A stretch of DNA of 64,000 nt from Ministeria vibrans ATCC 50519 (lineage: Eukaryota; Protista; Filasterea). The DNA lies in the NCBI GenBank assembly GCA_943704425.1, contig CALSCP010001127.1:1-64000 (forward strand). Direction: 5' to 3'. The translations under genes were made by a program, and so were the position numbers. The notes beneath the pieces were generated by a model. That model did not search any database. It had not been told where the DNA came from and saw only the letters and a list, made by a program, of their open reading frames with translations. This document shows positions 38,501 to 50,046 of this stretch, piece after piece; within the stretch, counting starts at the first letter, position 1; every line of letters begins with the position of its first letter.

Positions 38501-40067
38501 GCGTCGGTTGGTGTCATTGGACAACGGCGCACTGAGGTGGACTGGCGAAGAGAGGGGGGAGGAGAGCCCGACGGAGGCGAGTGGGATGCGAGACCATTTC
38601 TCACCGGGATGGGCGAGACAATGGAACGGTAATCTGAAGTGGTCGCAGTGGAGTACGGTGGAGGACGGGACGAGGAAGGAGCCACCTCAGTCGACAAAGC
38701 AGGGGACGACAAGTTTGTGAGAGGAGTGTCTGTGGTGGTCAATGGTGGGGCCACACGGGGCGTGTTGTGGCGATGCTTCGTGTACTGCGACGAGGAATGA
38801 ACGGAGCGAGCGTGATCGCGCAAATGAGACACAGACACGACTGTCGTCTCTGTCAGCGGGTACGAATGGTCTTCAGAGCGGACGGGTTGAGTCACAGAGA
38901 CCTCCCCATCGTCAATACATTCAAGTTGAGGAGGAGGAGGAGGTAAGGCCTTCTGAAGGGGTTCTTGGAGGTCTACGTCGACTGCATCACTTTGAAGAGA
39001 GGAATGCTGAAGAGGCGATTCGGACAACTGGTGAGCTACCTTGGCCTCTTCCTCTGCCGCGGTGTTTTGCAGAACAGGCACTTGGTGGTTGTGCAATTCC
39101 GCTGCGGCGGTGTATGCATCACGTACTTTGGCTTCGGACTCGTCGGGCGTCTCAGGCTGCTTTCGAAGAATGCGAGAAAAAAAAACTCGTGGTAGTTTTA
39201 TCCCGGACAGCTTGCGTGAGAACGGAGACGAGTGTGCAGCAGGTGGAGGAGTCTTTGGCAAGGCACGAGCAGTATCGCGACGCTGCACACCTCCGGAGGA
39301 TAGCTGCATTTCAGAAGGTGTGCCTGAGAGGGTGAAGGAGAGGGTGAGACGTGTCGTGGATGCTGTCATCTCGTGTCACTTACATGGTGTGCCATATTGA
39401 GTGCGTTCGACGGAGCGCCCTTGGTCGTGGGGACGGACCATCTGCTGCACATCGGTCAGCAATAGGTCCGCTGCCGCTACGTCTGACGGGCGCTGCTGCT
39501 GCTGCTGCTGCTGCTGCGCGGGGTGCGTCTGGGCAGAGTCGGCGGGGTGCGTCTGGGCAGAGTCGGCGGGGGGGCCGTCAAGGGCGGTTGCGGCCGATGC
39601 CATGTCGTGCATCGGGAAGCTGGTGCCGGACGCGTCCTCTGCCGACTGAAGCGTCCCGTACAGCGCCGCGGCGCTTCTGTGCAGCTCCAGGGGCGACGCG
39701 TCGTCGTCCAGCGGCGATTCTTTCATGTCGGAGAGGACTGTTTCGCGCGAGTGAATCTACGGCCAGAGGGCAATTGTGGTGAAAACGAGCGTCATGGCGA
39801 GGCGGATCCCGCCCATTAATGAGAGTATCGTCATCCGACAACCCCAGCACAATGCGCGACAGACAATGGATATTAATATTAAAATAAAAAAAGCGGTCGA
39901 CTCGGTCGATTAATTAAACGCGAATAGTTAATCTGTGATACCAAGCGAAAACACATGCCAGCCTGGATCGAGGCAGGGTTGCGTCTTGTTGCTCGTGCAC
40001 GGCGTCCGTTGTCTTCAAAGAGGCGGGTCGCACGAGGGCTGTCGGAGTCGGAGTCAGAGTCATACAT
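35512..40067 (-). CDS. Large uncharacterised protein with a Ser/Pro-rich repeat region, helical domain and C-terminal coiled coil
   Basis: Long minus-strand ORFs 35512-37170, 37231-39369, 39376-39726 and 39879-40067, apparently joined by GT-AG introns. Exact boundaries are uncertain. Confidence 0.65.
37891..38490. repeat. Coding tandem repeat, 5 x 120 bp (40 aa) with alternating A/B variants
   Basis: Unit starting (G)ACAGTTGGACTTGGCGA recurs at about 37891, 38011, 38131, 38251 and 38371. It encodes SPSPTVASAPPxSPTPARVARTSSRSSxxCPHAxSS. Confidence 0.92.
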
Positions 40068-40462
40068 TTCCGTCCGACTCTATAAGATTATATTCATAAT
40101 TATGTGGGTCGGAGAGTTGAATAAAAAGATTAAAGGGTCGTACGCACAGGCGATTTGTCAATGGTGACGTTGACGAGAGCTGGGTCTAGTTCGTAATTTA
40201 TCAGTGGTGTTCCTTCTTTGAACGAACGAACGGGGAAAAAATTGTTCTGAATTGTACGATTGTAACGAAGAAAGATCAAAAGAGCAGCGATAAAATGACA
40301 GACAGACAGTGATCGAGCTTGACGGACAATCGACAAGGTGACTGAGACTGTCCCTGTTTGCTAGTGCGCACTGTATATAGCATTCCAAATGACGACTTGG
40401 TCAGAAGTTAGACTGATTGATTTATGATTAGTCATTTTTCGCCATCTCTCCTCCTCTCGACC

Positions 40463-41605
40463 ATGTCGCACCTGCTCGCGCACCCCTACGTGTTATGGTT
40501 TGCGCAAAGAACGGAGACCAAGGGCGCGCGGCAGCTGGAGCAGTTCGTCCACCAAGTGCAGCAGGTACGAACGTGAGCGAAAAAAGGGCTCTGGATTGAC
40601 ACGGGAGGGCTGTGCAGGTGGCCGAGATCGACACAGTAGAGGCCTTCTGGGCGCTGCACACCCGCCTCAAACGCCCCAGCACCATGACGCCCATTGCCGA
40701 CTTCCATTTCTTCCGGAGCGGAATCCAGCCCTTCTGGGAGGTACGGTCCGCTGTGCTTGCTGCGCTCCTCTGCCCTCCCGCCCGCGCCCCTGCCTCGCTG
40801 CGCCCTTGCCACGTGCTGTGCATGCACCGTCCCTCCCGCTGCAACCGCGGTTCGCGTCTACTATTGCGATTTCACGCTGTGCACTCAAAGAGTGTGCGCT
40901 TCTCTCGCTCATCTTGCTGTGTGGACCACGTAGGACGACCACAACAAGGCAGGCGGCAAGTGGATGTTAAAGTTGCGCAAAGGGCTTGCTGATCGGTATT
41001 GGGAAAGTTTGGTAAGGAGCGCTTGAAGGTGTGGCGTGGACTGTGGTGATAAGTGGGTCTCTGTCTGTCTTGACTGCGTGTAGCTTCTGTCGATCATTGG
41101 CAACCAGTTCAATGCGGTCAGCGACGAGTTTTGCGGTGCCGTACTGTCGATTCGGGCTAACGAGGACATTATCAGTGTGTGGAGTCGCCATGCGGACAAT
41201 CGTGAGGCGCGCAATGCCATTTTGTAAGGTGGTTTTTGGCTCTATCCGTTTGTTTTCTTTTCTACCACGACTCACCATCGCCATTGCAGAAACGTGTTCC
41301 GTGCTAGTGTTGGCGTGCACGAATCAGTGATTATCGACTACAAGACCCACGACGCATCTCTCAAGTACCACTCGTCGTTTCGTCCGCCTGTCGCTCCCGC
41401 CACATCTGCCGCTGCCTCTCCCGCCACGCCTGCTGCGTCGACGCTGCCCGAAGAGCCTGAAGAGGGCGAGACAGAGGCAAAGGCATCGGTCAAGGCCACA
41501 CCAGGATCTACCGCTTTCCAAGCGTCAGCAACAGAGAGCTCTGCAACTGCACGCGACGCAAGCGCAGTGGCGGGTGATGGTGGTGGTGAGGCGCTTCTTG
41601 CATAG
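40463..41605 (+). CDS. EIF4E2: Class II eIF4E (4EHP/eIF4E2-like cap-binding protein), 5 exons
   Basis: HPYVLWF (Y at the W43 position, F at the W56 position), TVEAFW, DFHFFRSGIQPFWE|DDHNKAGGKW, CGAVLSIR...IISVW and YKTHD. Confidence 0.85.
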
Positions 41606-41898
41606 CCTCCCTCCTTTTTTCTATTGTCACCGTGTGTATTGTCCAATAATAGTAATAAACAGCATTATCCTGAACGACAACTGTGAACTTATAAAACTGG
41701 AGAGAGCCGGCCGGGGATGTGTGCCTGACCAAACCGACAGATTTGACTGTGATCGTGACGCATTCGAGAGACGTGGGTTCTCACTTCTCCGTTCTGACTT
41801 CTGACTGCAGAACACTTTAGTTAGTTTTGAATACTCAGCAATCATACTTGCCGGTACCCCAGGGTGGCTTTGCGTCCCTCCGACAGTCAGCGTGGCCC

Positions 41899-42815
41899 AT
41901 GAGTGAGCTTCCGAAAGTGGTTGTGGACCATTCGCTCTTTGACTCGCTCGACGACGAGCCCAACGACTACTCCTTCCGCCTAGAAATGACCCAAGAGTTT
42001 CTCTCGGGCCAGGCCGACTTCCAGGAGCGTCTTAACTTTTGTCTGTAAGCGTGTGCGGTCGTCTCAAGCGAAGTCTCTTCGTGTCCCTTTCAAACTCGCG
42101 CGCGAAAACCGCTGTTCGCACTCTGTTGGCGGCGACTCGTGCGCTCCACATTGCAGACGGATACGGCAGTGTGCGCGTGAGCGCACCGGCTGCACACACC
42201 AGCTTTGCCTTGCTCTGTTGTGGGGAGGGGGGGTTTATCTTTGCGAGTGTGGGATGTGCCTTGTCTCACGCGCCACTGCCGTCCTCGGCGAGTCTGGCGT
42301 CGTGTCGTTGTCGCATGGAGCGAGTCAGCGTGGAAGCATGCCGCAAAAGGGGGCGGGGTATGGGAGCCTGCTGCGTTTTGTGGGCTCTTGATTTGCAATG
42401 CGATCAGACAGGTTGTTTTAGTTGTGGTTGCGCTTGTGTTGCCTTACTCTTCGCTTGTGCATCGCGCTGCTCTTTGCTCACCGAGCACTTTCACGTGCGT
42501 GCTCGTCTCACTGCTTGTTCTCTTTTGGCACATCTTGGCTAACGTGTTCTCGCCTGCGTCACTTGTAGAGGGCAATTGGAGGCGTTTGGCTTGAAGGAGA
42601 CAGTACACAAGCTCAAGAGTGGCGCAATGGCTATTGGATTCAACGGCATTGCCATACGCTGCTGCCGCATTGAAGAGCACTGTCGCGAGCTCCTGGAGGG
42701 CCAACGCGCAGCGCTCGATGGCTCCTGGCTCGTGGCCGAGTGTGCGGCCTTCGCCGATGACTATGCGACATTGCGCGCGTACCTTCAGCCACTCTTTCCC
42801 GGCCAAACGTTGTGA
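41899..42815 (+). CDS. Stand-alone histidine phosphotransfer (HPt) protein, Ypd1/AHP-like, 2 exons
   Basis: Exon 1 MSELPKVVVDHSLFDSLDDEPNDYSFRLEMTQEFL... ends at about 42044. Exon 2 from about 42570 gives VHKLKSGAMAIGFNGIAIRCCRIEE, matching the HxLK(G/S)xx..IG...C..IE HPt signature. About 130 aa. Confidence 0.82.
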
Positions 42816-42943
42816 ATCACAATACTCTTCTCTCTTTTGTACATCGCTATCTCGTTATAAACAAACTATTATTGTCTTATCCCGTTGCATTTTTATATTC
42901 TTTGCATTGCACACACCAGTTGACTGTAACAAGACGTAACAAT

Positions 42944-42980
<37 letters not shown>

Positions 42981-43025
42981 TAATTTATTATTATTATATT
43001 ATTAGTATTATTATTGCTAAAAGAG

Positions 43026-44513
43026 TCAGTAGGTGATGATCTCTCTGCCGGACCAGCGTGCGTCGTCGCTGGGTGTGCGAGGGCCTCTTCCAAACAGACA
43101 GAGCTTGCGCGCGTACGCTTCGACAGACGCTTCGACAGCAAAGGCACGGGCGGCGGCGCGACCGAGGTGAGCAAGACGGGCGCGTAGGGAAGGCTGGCGG
43201 ACCAAGCGCACAAGCAGCGCCAGCGCCTGCTCGGGTGTCGCGGCAAACAGGTCGGCGGGTGCAATATGAGCGGCGGCAGCAAGCTCGACGTAGGGCGTGA
43301 ACGGGTAGGAGACGACGGGCACGCCGTGGCTCCACCAGTAGATGAGGCGCGTGAGGGGCCGGTCGGTCAGGTCGTGTGGGGCGAAATGGGCGCCGGGCCA
43401 CAGGAAGGCAATGTCGACGTCGCGCGTAAATTCGTGGTGACGTCGCTGCAGTAAAGGGTCGTTGGGCGGCCCTGGGTCGGGCGGGCAGGTGCGACACGAG
43501 TCGGTGAAGTTGTGCTTGACATTGTCGTAGTTGAGGATGTGCAGAGGCAGCTGCACCTCAGCAAGCAGACTGGTGTTGAGGAAGGAGATGACGTCGGGTG
43601 CGGGTGTGTTGATAATGGCACCCAGGAAAGCAATGGTGCGCACGCGACGGCGAGGGTTACGGTGCACAACGGAGTTGTTGTAGTTGGTGTGAAAGTGTGG
43701 CAGGACCATGGTCATGTTTGAGGGAATCAGGTTGCCTACGAGGGCTCGCAACCTTTCTGCATGTACAGTCGATCCGGCAAGAAGCCCGTCGGGCGACTGT
43801 CGTGCCATGATCGATGTGACGTTGGCATTGTCCCAGTTGAAATCGAGGACGTCCCAGAGGCACACGCGAGCGCCCAGACGAGTGCGACAGTTGTCACAGG
43901 CGCGCAGTCGCGCCGCCTTGATCACGATGCAGACATCTGTTTGCCAGGGGGTCTCTGGAATACTGGTGAGATACTTGGCGAGGACGACGGTGACGGTGTA
44001 GCCGCGTCGCTCCATGAGTCGCTTCATGAGAATGCCTCGCAGACGATTGGTGCCCCAAAAGAGATTGTCGACGACAAACATGATGCGGGTCTTTCGCTTG
44101 GGACACTCCGGCAGGGACAGCCCCGAGTACACGTCGAGATCGCGTGAAATGGTTGCGTCATCGTTACCGTTGCCCTGATCATGAGGATCATTGTCAATAT
44201 CTGTCACGATCAGAGGCTCTTGTGGATTCCCTGTCCGTTTTTCGTCGACGCGTTCCACTTCCGCATCAAGAGACACTTTTGCAGGCATTAATCCATCGCC
44301 ATTGCGCGGTGCCATCACCAGAGGCGTGTGGACGGCCCCAATGCGCTCGTGGCCTTGGCTGTCGGCCTGGGACCCTCTGCTCTTCAAATCCGCATTGATA
44401 TCGACAAGAACATCAGCTTCAGCGATATTTCTCACAAGAAGAACGCCAATGAGAGAGCATGCTATACCCACTGCGAAAACCGTTCGGCCTTTCCGATAAA
44501 AGAAGGGCATCAA
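43026..44513 (-). CDS. Type II membrane glycosyltransferase-like protein (GT-B fold, probable), intronless
   Basis: N-terminal TM VFAVGIACSLIGVLLV, a stem region, WDVLD, DGLLAGS, and DIAFLWP...RPLTRLIYWWSHGVPVVSYP resembling a GT-B C-terminal motif. Confidence 0.6.
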   Translation of the reverse strand: MMPFFYRKGRTVFAVGIACSLIGVLLVRNIAEADVLVDINADLKSRGSQADSQGHERIGAVHTPLVMAPRNGDGLMPAKVSLDAEVERVDEKRTGNPQEPLIVTDIDNDPHDQGNGNDDATISRDLDVYSGLSLPECPKRKTRIMFVVDNLFWGTNRLRGILMKRLMERRGYTVTVVLAKYLTSIPETPWQTDVCIVIKAARLRACDNCRTRLGARVCLWDVLDFNWDNANVTSIMARQSPDGLLAGSTVHAERLRALVGNLIPSNMTMVLPHFHTNYNNSVVHRNPRRRVRTIAFLGAIINTPAPDVISFLNTSLLAEVQLPLHILNYDNVKHNFTDSCRTCPPDPGPPNDPLLQRRHHEFTRDVDIAFLWPGAHFAPHDLTDRPLTRLIYWWSHGVPVVSYPFTPYVELAAAAHIAPADLFAATPEQALALLVRLVRQPSLRARLAHLGRAAARAFAVEASVEAYARKLCLFGRGPRTPSDDARWSGREIITY

Positions 44514-44694
44514 TTTTTTTTTTGATTATTTTATTGATTTTATTCCTGAAGATTTTCAATTTTTCAGAGTGATTTGGATTTCACTTTATTTAAAAAGGTT
44601 CTTTTCACTGAATCTTGAGGAAAAAGCGGTCGTTGTTGGAGGGATCTACTTTTGACTGTATCCTTCATCTAGTCTGCTACTCTGATCGTTGGAC

Positions 44695-45540
44695 ATGGCC
44701 GAGTATATTGCGCAGAAAAAGCGCGAATTTGCCGATGCCAAGTTTCAAGACTTTCGTGGGCATACAGGGCCCATTCAGTCGTTGGCATGGAACTGTGAAG
44801 GTCGCAGGGTTGCGACATCGTCGGTTGATAAGAGCGCGCGGGTGTGGAATGTCGAGCGAAACGTATGAAACGTATCAAAAGTGCACATTGTTCTGACTTG
44901 TTCGTTTCGCCTCTCTGCGTCGCTCTTGTAGACGTCCGAAGTGGTCCTGTCGGGCCACACGAATACAGTTGATCAGTTGAGTTGGGATCCGACGAGAAAC
45001 GACCGATTGGCGACGGCTTCGTCCGACAAGACTGTGCGTCTGTGGGACAGTCGAAGTACGCGTGTTGTGTTGTGTTGTGTGTGTGTGTGTGTGTGTGTGT
45101 GTTATGGTGAGTGTGTTTATTTTGTTGGGGTGTTTGGAATAGTGGTATTATGTTGTGTTATGATGAATGCTTTCGTAGTGTGTTGTGTGAATGTCTCCTT
45201 TTTTCTGTGTCTATAAGAAGAATAAATGTATATGGGTGTGCGATCAACTCTTCTCATTCTGTCTGGGTGTGTAGCTGCCAAGGCCATTCAGGTGATCAAA
45301 ACGCCGGGAGAGAATATTAATGTTGCATGGAGTCCCGACGGCAAGAGCATTGCTGTGGGTGATAAGGTATGTGTGATAAAATAGGTTGCGAGACGGTCGA
45401 AGCTGACAGTTGTGATAGAACGACAACATTTCGTTGATTGATGTGCGAAAAGGATCGATTGCAAAGACGACCAAGATAGGGACGTCGGAGGTACGGGGAG
45501 AAGCAAAGTGATAGAAGAGGGAGAAAGAAACAAAGTGATA

Positions 45541-45589
<49 letters not shown>

Positions 45590-46185
45590 CGAGAGTGTCT
45601 TTGTGGTGTGTGTGTGTGTGTGTGTGTGCGCGAAGGGAAGAAATGAATAGTAACCTTGTGTGGTTAGGTCAACGAAATGGCATGGCACAGTTCGAGCACA
45701 ATGTTGTTTGTGACCAATGGCAACGGCATTACGACGGTCGCACTGCCGTCGTTCACGGTCACTCCCCTGTTAGACTCGCACACGGCCATTTGTACGACGG
45801 TGGCGCTGGATCCTCGTTCACGAGCGTTTGCGTCTGGCTCGCACGACGCCACTGTGGTCCTGTGGGATCTGCCTGAGCTCATTCCCGTGCGCTCCGTTAC
45901 CTCCCTCGACTATCCCGTGCGCTCTCTCTCCTTCAGGTACCTTCAAACCAGCTCTTGCCTAGTCCTCTTTGACTCCTTCCTGTGCATTGTAGCTTTGACG
46001 GTGAGCTCATTTCGTCGTCGTCTGAGGACAAATTTATCGACATTTCGCATGTCAAGACAGGCCAGTGCGTCGCGCAGATCCCCCACGACTCGTCGACAAA
46101 CGCTGCCAAGTTCCATCCCTCCCGTTTTCTCCTTGCCTTTGACCATGACTCCTCAATGCGACTCTGTACTCCCAAAACACTGTAA
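44695..46185 (+). CDS. THOC3: THO complex subunit 3 (Tex1) WD40 protein
   Basis: GHTGPIQSLAWNCEGRRVAT, GHTNTVDQLSWDP, LATASSDKTVRLWD, TPGENINVAWSPDG, EVNEMAW, LDYPVRSLSFS and SSEDKFIDI. Confidence 0.9.
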
Positions 46186-46227
46186 TGTGCACATTTCTTT
46201 CCTTTTTACATTTATATAATTTATTAT

Positions 46228-47853
46228 TTACATATGCATTTGCATGGTGGAGGGCAGATTGAGTGCTTCAGCAGACTAAGCAAAAAAGAGGAAAGAATGA
46301 ACAAAGAAAAGAAGAAGAGAAGAAAGAAAAAAGAAGAGAAGAAGAAAGAAAAGGGGCAATTAAAAGAGACAAAGAAACAGAGCGAGAGGAAGAGATAGGA
46401 GGAACGAAAAAGAAACACAATGATAGAGTGAGTAGGTTGATTACGAGTGTGATGTTGAGCGCGGCCCTGAGACGGGCATCGTCGTGTGCAGTGAAGAGGC
46501 GAAAGGGCGCGAGATGGGCGCATAGGGAGGGCGGAGGGTCGTCGGCAGGAGAAACACTGGTGCGTATGTACTCGCGGATGGCCTGGTGGAGTCGCTCGTG
46601 CGTGTGCGTTGGAAGCAGAGATGCGTGAATGCGCAGGGGTGCCAGGACCCCCGCAAGACTGTACTTGGCAAGAGTACGATTGCGCTGTGCCTCTTCCGCT
46701 GCCCGCGCTGCCTCGTCCTCCACCATATCCCCGTCTGTCTCGGCCACTGCTGCAGTGTACTCCTCCATTCCATCCCCCATTGCCTCCTCCACCTCTGCCT
46801 TCTTCTCGCTTGCTTCCATCCTCTCGCTTGTTACCCCTTCGCTCTTGCTTCCACCTCCCTCCTCATTTAACTTCTCTCGGTGGTGACCCTCGCCTTCTCG
46901 CTTGCTGCGCTTCAGTCTCGATTCCTCTTCGTCGTCGGTGTGGTCGCGTTGCTTCTTGCGCGACACATACGACGACGATGACGACGCGGACAAGCGCGCA
47001 TCACTCGAGCGACCCGCCCGGTAACCCCCACTATTGCTGTCGTCGTTGTTGTTGCTGCTGGTGTTATTGTGACTGTGACGTCGATCGCGCTCGTCACGGC
47101 GTTCGAGTGCGCGTCGCTCTTCGAGTCTCCCTTGTTCCTGTCGTCGAGACTCTCCGCGTCGCGTTTCAAACATGGACCGAGTGTGTTCTCGACGGTGATC
47201 GCGGGCCGAGTCGGCGGCGGACCGCGTGTTTGCATGCGACGACCAGTGTGAGTCGGTGCTTGCACTGGTTCCCGATGACGACATGTGGTCGGGCCAGCGC
47301 CTCGAGTCACTGGTGCGAGGGACGCTAAAGTTGCCACTACCCGACGGGTTTGCAGTAAAACGGTCACGACGGTCGTACGACAACGAAGACGATGCGACGG
47401 GTGGACCTCTTTGAACAGGAGGCATTTCGGACCAGGGCATACGCGAAGAGGAGGCTGACACAGAAGGTGCGGAAGGAGCAAAGTGAGAAGCGGGCGGCGG
47501 AGGTGGAGGTGGAGGCAGCCCGCCGTCACGGTGCCAATACTCTCTCTCACTCCTGCTCTGCTGATTGGTACGACTCGTGTCGCTGTGCGACGCGTGCTCA
47601 TCACTCATATCGAATGGAAGCACAACCTCCTTCACAGACGCACTGGTGTGGTGTTGTGGAGGCGCGCTGAGAGGAGCGGTCAGAAAAGACGACGACGACG
47701 ACGACGGTGGCAGTTGCCAAATTCCGCCGCCACCGCCACCGCCACCACCACTACTCGTAGTGGTAGTAGTACCGGTGTCGCCTGGACCTGTCCTCAAAGG
47801 ATAGGCATTGGCGCCGGTGGTAGCTGTTGCCGGCAGCGCTTGGCTGCCGCGTT
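46228..47853 (-). CDS. 3' exons of an uncharacterised low-complexity, charged protein (5' end lost in the repeat and gap)
   Basis: Open frame from an acceptor near 47855 to a donor near 46445, then a short last exon SAEALNLPSTMQMHM*. Confidence 0.55.
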
Positions 47854-47892
47854 TAGAATAGAAAAGCAAGTTTAGAATAAGGAGGACAGAAA

Positions 47893-48106
47893 GAGAGAGT
47901 TTGAGAGTTTGAGAGTTTGAGAGTTTGAGAGTTTGAGAGTTTGAGAGAGAGAGTTTGAGAGTTTGAGAGAGAGAGTTTGAGAGTTTGAGAGTTTGAGAGT
48001 TTGAGAGTTTGAGAGTTTGAGAGAGAGAGTTTGAGAGAGAGAGTTTGAGAGAGAGAGTTTGAGAGAGAGAGAGAGAGAGTTTGAGAGTTTGAGAGAGAGA
48101 GTTTGA
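47893..48106. repeat. (GAGAGTTT)n / GA-derived satellite abutting a roughly 670-nt N-gap
   Basis: TTT(GA)n units read directly from the sequence. Confidence 0.9.
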
Positions 48107-48792
48107 NNNNNNNNNNNNNNNNNNNNNNNNNNNNNNNNNNNNNNNNNNNNNNNNNNNNNNNNNNNNNNNNNNNNNNNNNNNNNNNNNNNNNNNNNNNNNN
48201 NNNNNNNNNNNNNNNNNNNNNNNNNNNNNNNNNNNNNNNNNNNNNNNNNNNNNNNNNNNNNNNNNNNNNNNNNNNNNNNNNNNNNNNNNNNNNNNNNNNN
48301 NNNNNNNNNNNNNNNNNNNNNNNNNNNNNNNNNNNNNNNNNNNNNNNNNNNNNNNNNNNNNNNNNNNNNNNNNNNNNNNNNNNNNNNNNNNNNNNNNNNN
48401 NNNNNNNNNNNNNNNNNNNNNNNNNNNNNNNNNNNNNNNNNNNNNNNNNNNNNNNNNNNNNNNNNNNNNNNNNNNNNNNNNNNNNNNNNNNNNNNNNNNN
48501 NNNNNNNNNNNNNNNNNNNNNNNNNNNNNNNNNNNNNNNNNNNNNNNNNNNNNNNNNNNNNNNNNNNNNNNNNNNNNNNNNNNNNNNNNNNNNNNNNNNN
48601 NNNNNNNNNNNNNNNNNNNNNNNNNNNNNNNNNNNNNNNNNNNNNNNNNNNNNNNNNNNNNNNNNNNNNNNNNNNNNNNNNNNNNNNNNNNNNNNNNNNN
48701 NNNNNNNNNNNNNNNNNNNNNNNNNNNNNNNNNNNNNNNNNNNNNNNNNNNNNNNNNNNNNNNNNNNNNNNNNNNNNNNNTCTTTGTTTGAA

Positions 48793-49688
48793 ATGCTACG
48801 CTTCGTTGTTCTTGTTTCCATTGCACTCGTCTGCGGCTTTGCCAACGCAACGATTCCCATTTGCAGCGACCCCAAGTCGCCGGTACACAAATAACAATGA
48901 ACCGCTTGTTTTCACTGAGCTGTGCGTTCTCGTTGGTTCTGTGAGTGCAGGCTGCCTTTGCAGGTTGCATTGACGACAAGGTGGCTGGTCTGCAAGGTAA
49001 TGGCGAGCGCGGGTGCACGACAGCGACGTCAGAGGCGTTTTCATTCATTGCTACTTTCTTCTCTGTCAGGCGCCATCAGCACCCTTCTTGATACGGACTG
49101 CCTCAGTGCCGATGTGTGGAAGAGCGACATGGAGTCGCGGTGCTTCAGTGGCGTAAGCATCGCGGGGCGTTGAAGGGCCCCAGCACACTCCCACGTCACC
49201 CTAAGCCGCTTGTCTTTCTCTACAGAGCGCAGACGATCTTGTTGTCGACATGTCGCTGTGCTGCATGAAGCGCGTTGGTGCCCCAGAGAAGTGTGATGTC
49301 CACGCGCAGGAGGAAACGGTCCCCCCAGGTCAGAACGAGTCCCTCTTGCAATATATTTTATTATTATTATTATTATAATATCAAACTTCCTCCTTTTTTT
49401 TTGTTTTTTTTTTTGTTTTGTGTGTTCACAGAGGAATGTCAGGAAGAGAAATGCTTTGCCGAGTCGAAAGATTCCGTCGCGGCTGCGAAGGCATTGAAGA
49501 AATCGTACCGTGCTTGCCTGCAGCAGAACGGCCGCGACAACGACGAGTGCCGCGAAGCGATTGCGGATGCCAACACTCTGCTGTCCCTGCTCCGCAAAAC
49601 GGTCAAGGCGGTGCGCGGAGATGCTGCGCCCTGCCGCGACGCCGACTGGAATGACTTTGACTCTGGCTTTGGCCACTTTGAGTTGTGA
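48793..49688 (+). CDS. Secreted 12-Cys protein, novel family paralogue A, 5 exons
   Basis: Signal peptide MLRFVVLVSIALVCGFANA, then ICSDPKSP|AAFAGCIDDKVAGLQ|...CLSADVW...CFSG|SADDLVVDMSLCC...|EECQEEKC...GHFEL*. Confidence 0.8.
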
Positions 49689-50046
49689 CTAGCTGTGGAC
49701 TTTCGCCGCACCTCAGAGGGTGGCAAAGTGAATGATGATGTGGAATAAACAAACAGGAAGCACTCTTCAAAATAATAATTATATCAATATTGAGCTCTCG
49801 ATTTTCTATTTATTTTTGCACTTGTGCTTTTGTTGTAGATCTGGTGACTGTATCATGAATAAATGGGTTGTATTCTTCTTCTTCTATTTATTTTTCTAAT
49901 TATATCAATATTAATATTGGTTCTGAGCTGTTTGCCTTGCCGCTTTTCGTTTGTGATTGTTAATAAATTGAAAATGTGTTCTTCTTCTAGATTGTTTTTA
50001 TTATTATTTTTTTATTATTATTGTTTATAATAAAAGAATTTTATGA

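Noticed and set aside
47893-48106. Possible telomeric repeat (TTTGAGAG)n
   Set aside because: It is internal, has variable GA run length and sits upstream of an acceptor site. A degenerate intronic GA microsatellite explains it better.
46268-49048. 926-aa ORF spanning the N-gap
   Set aside because: An artefact of translating through Ns and satellite DNA.
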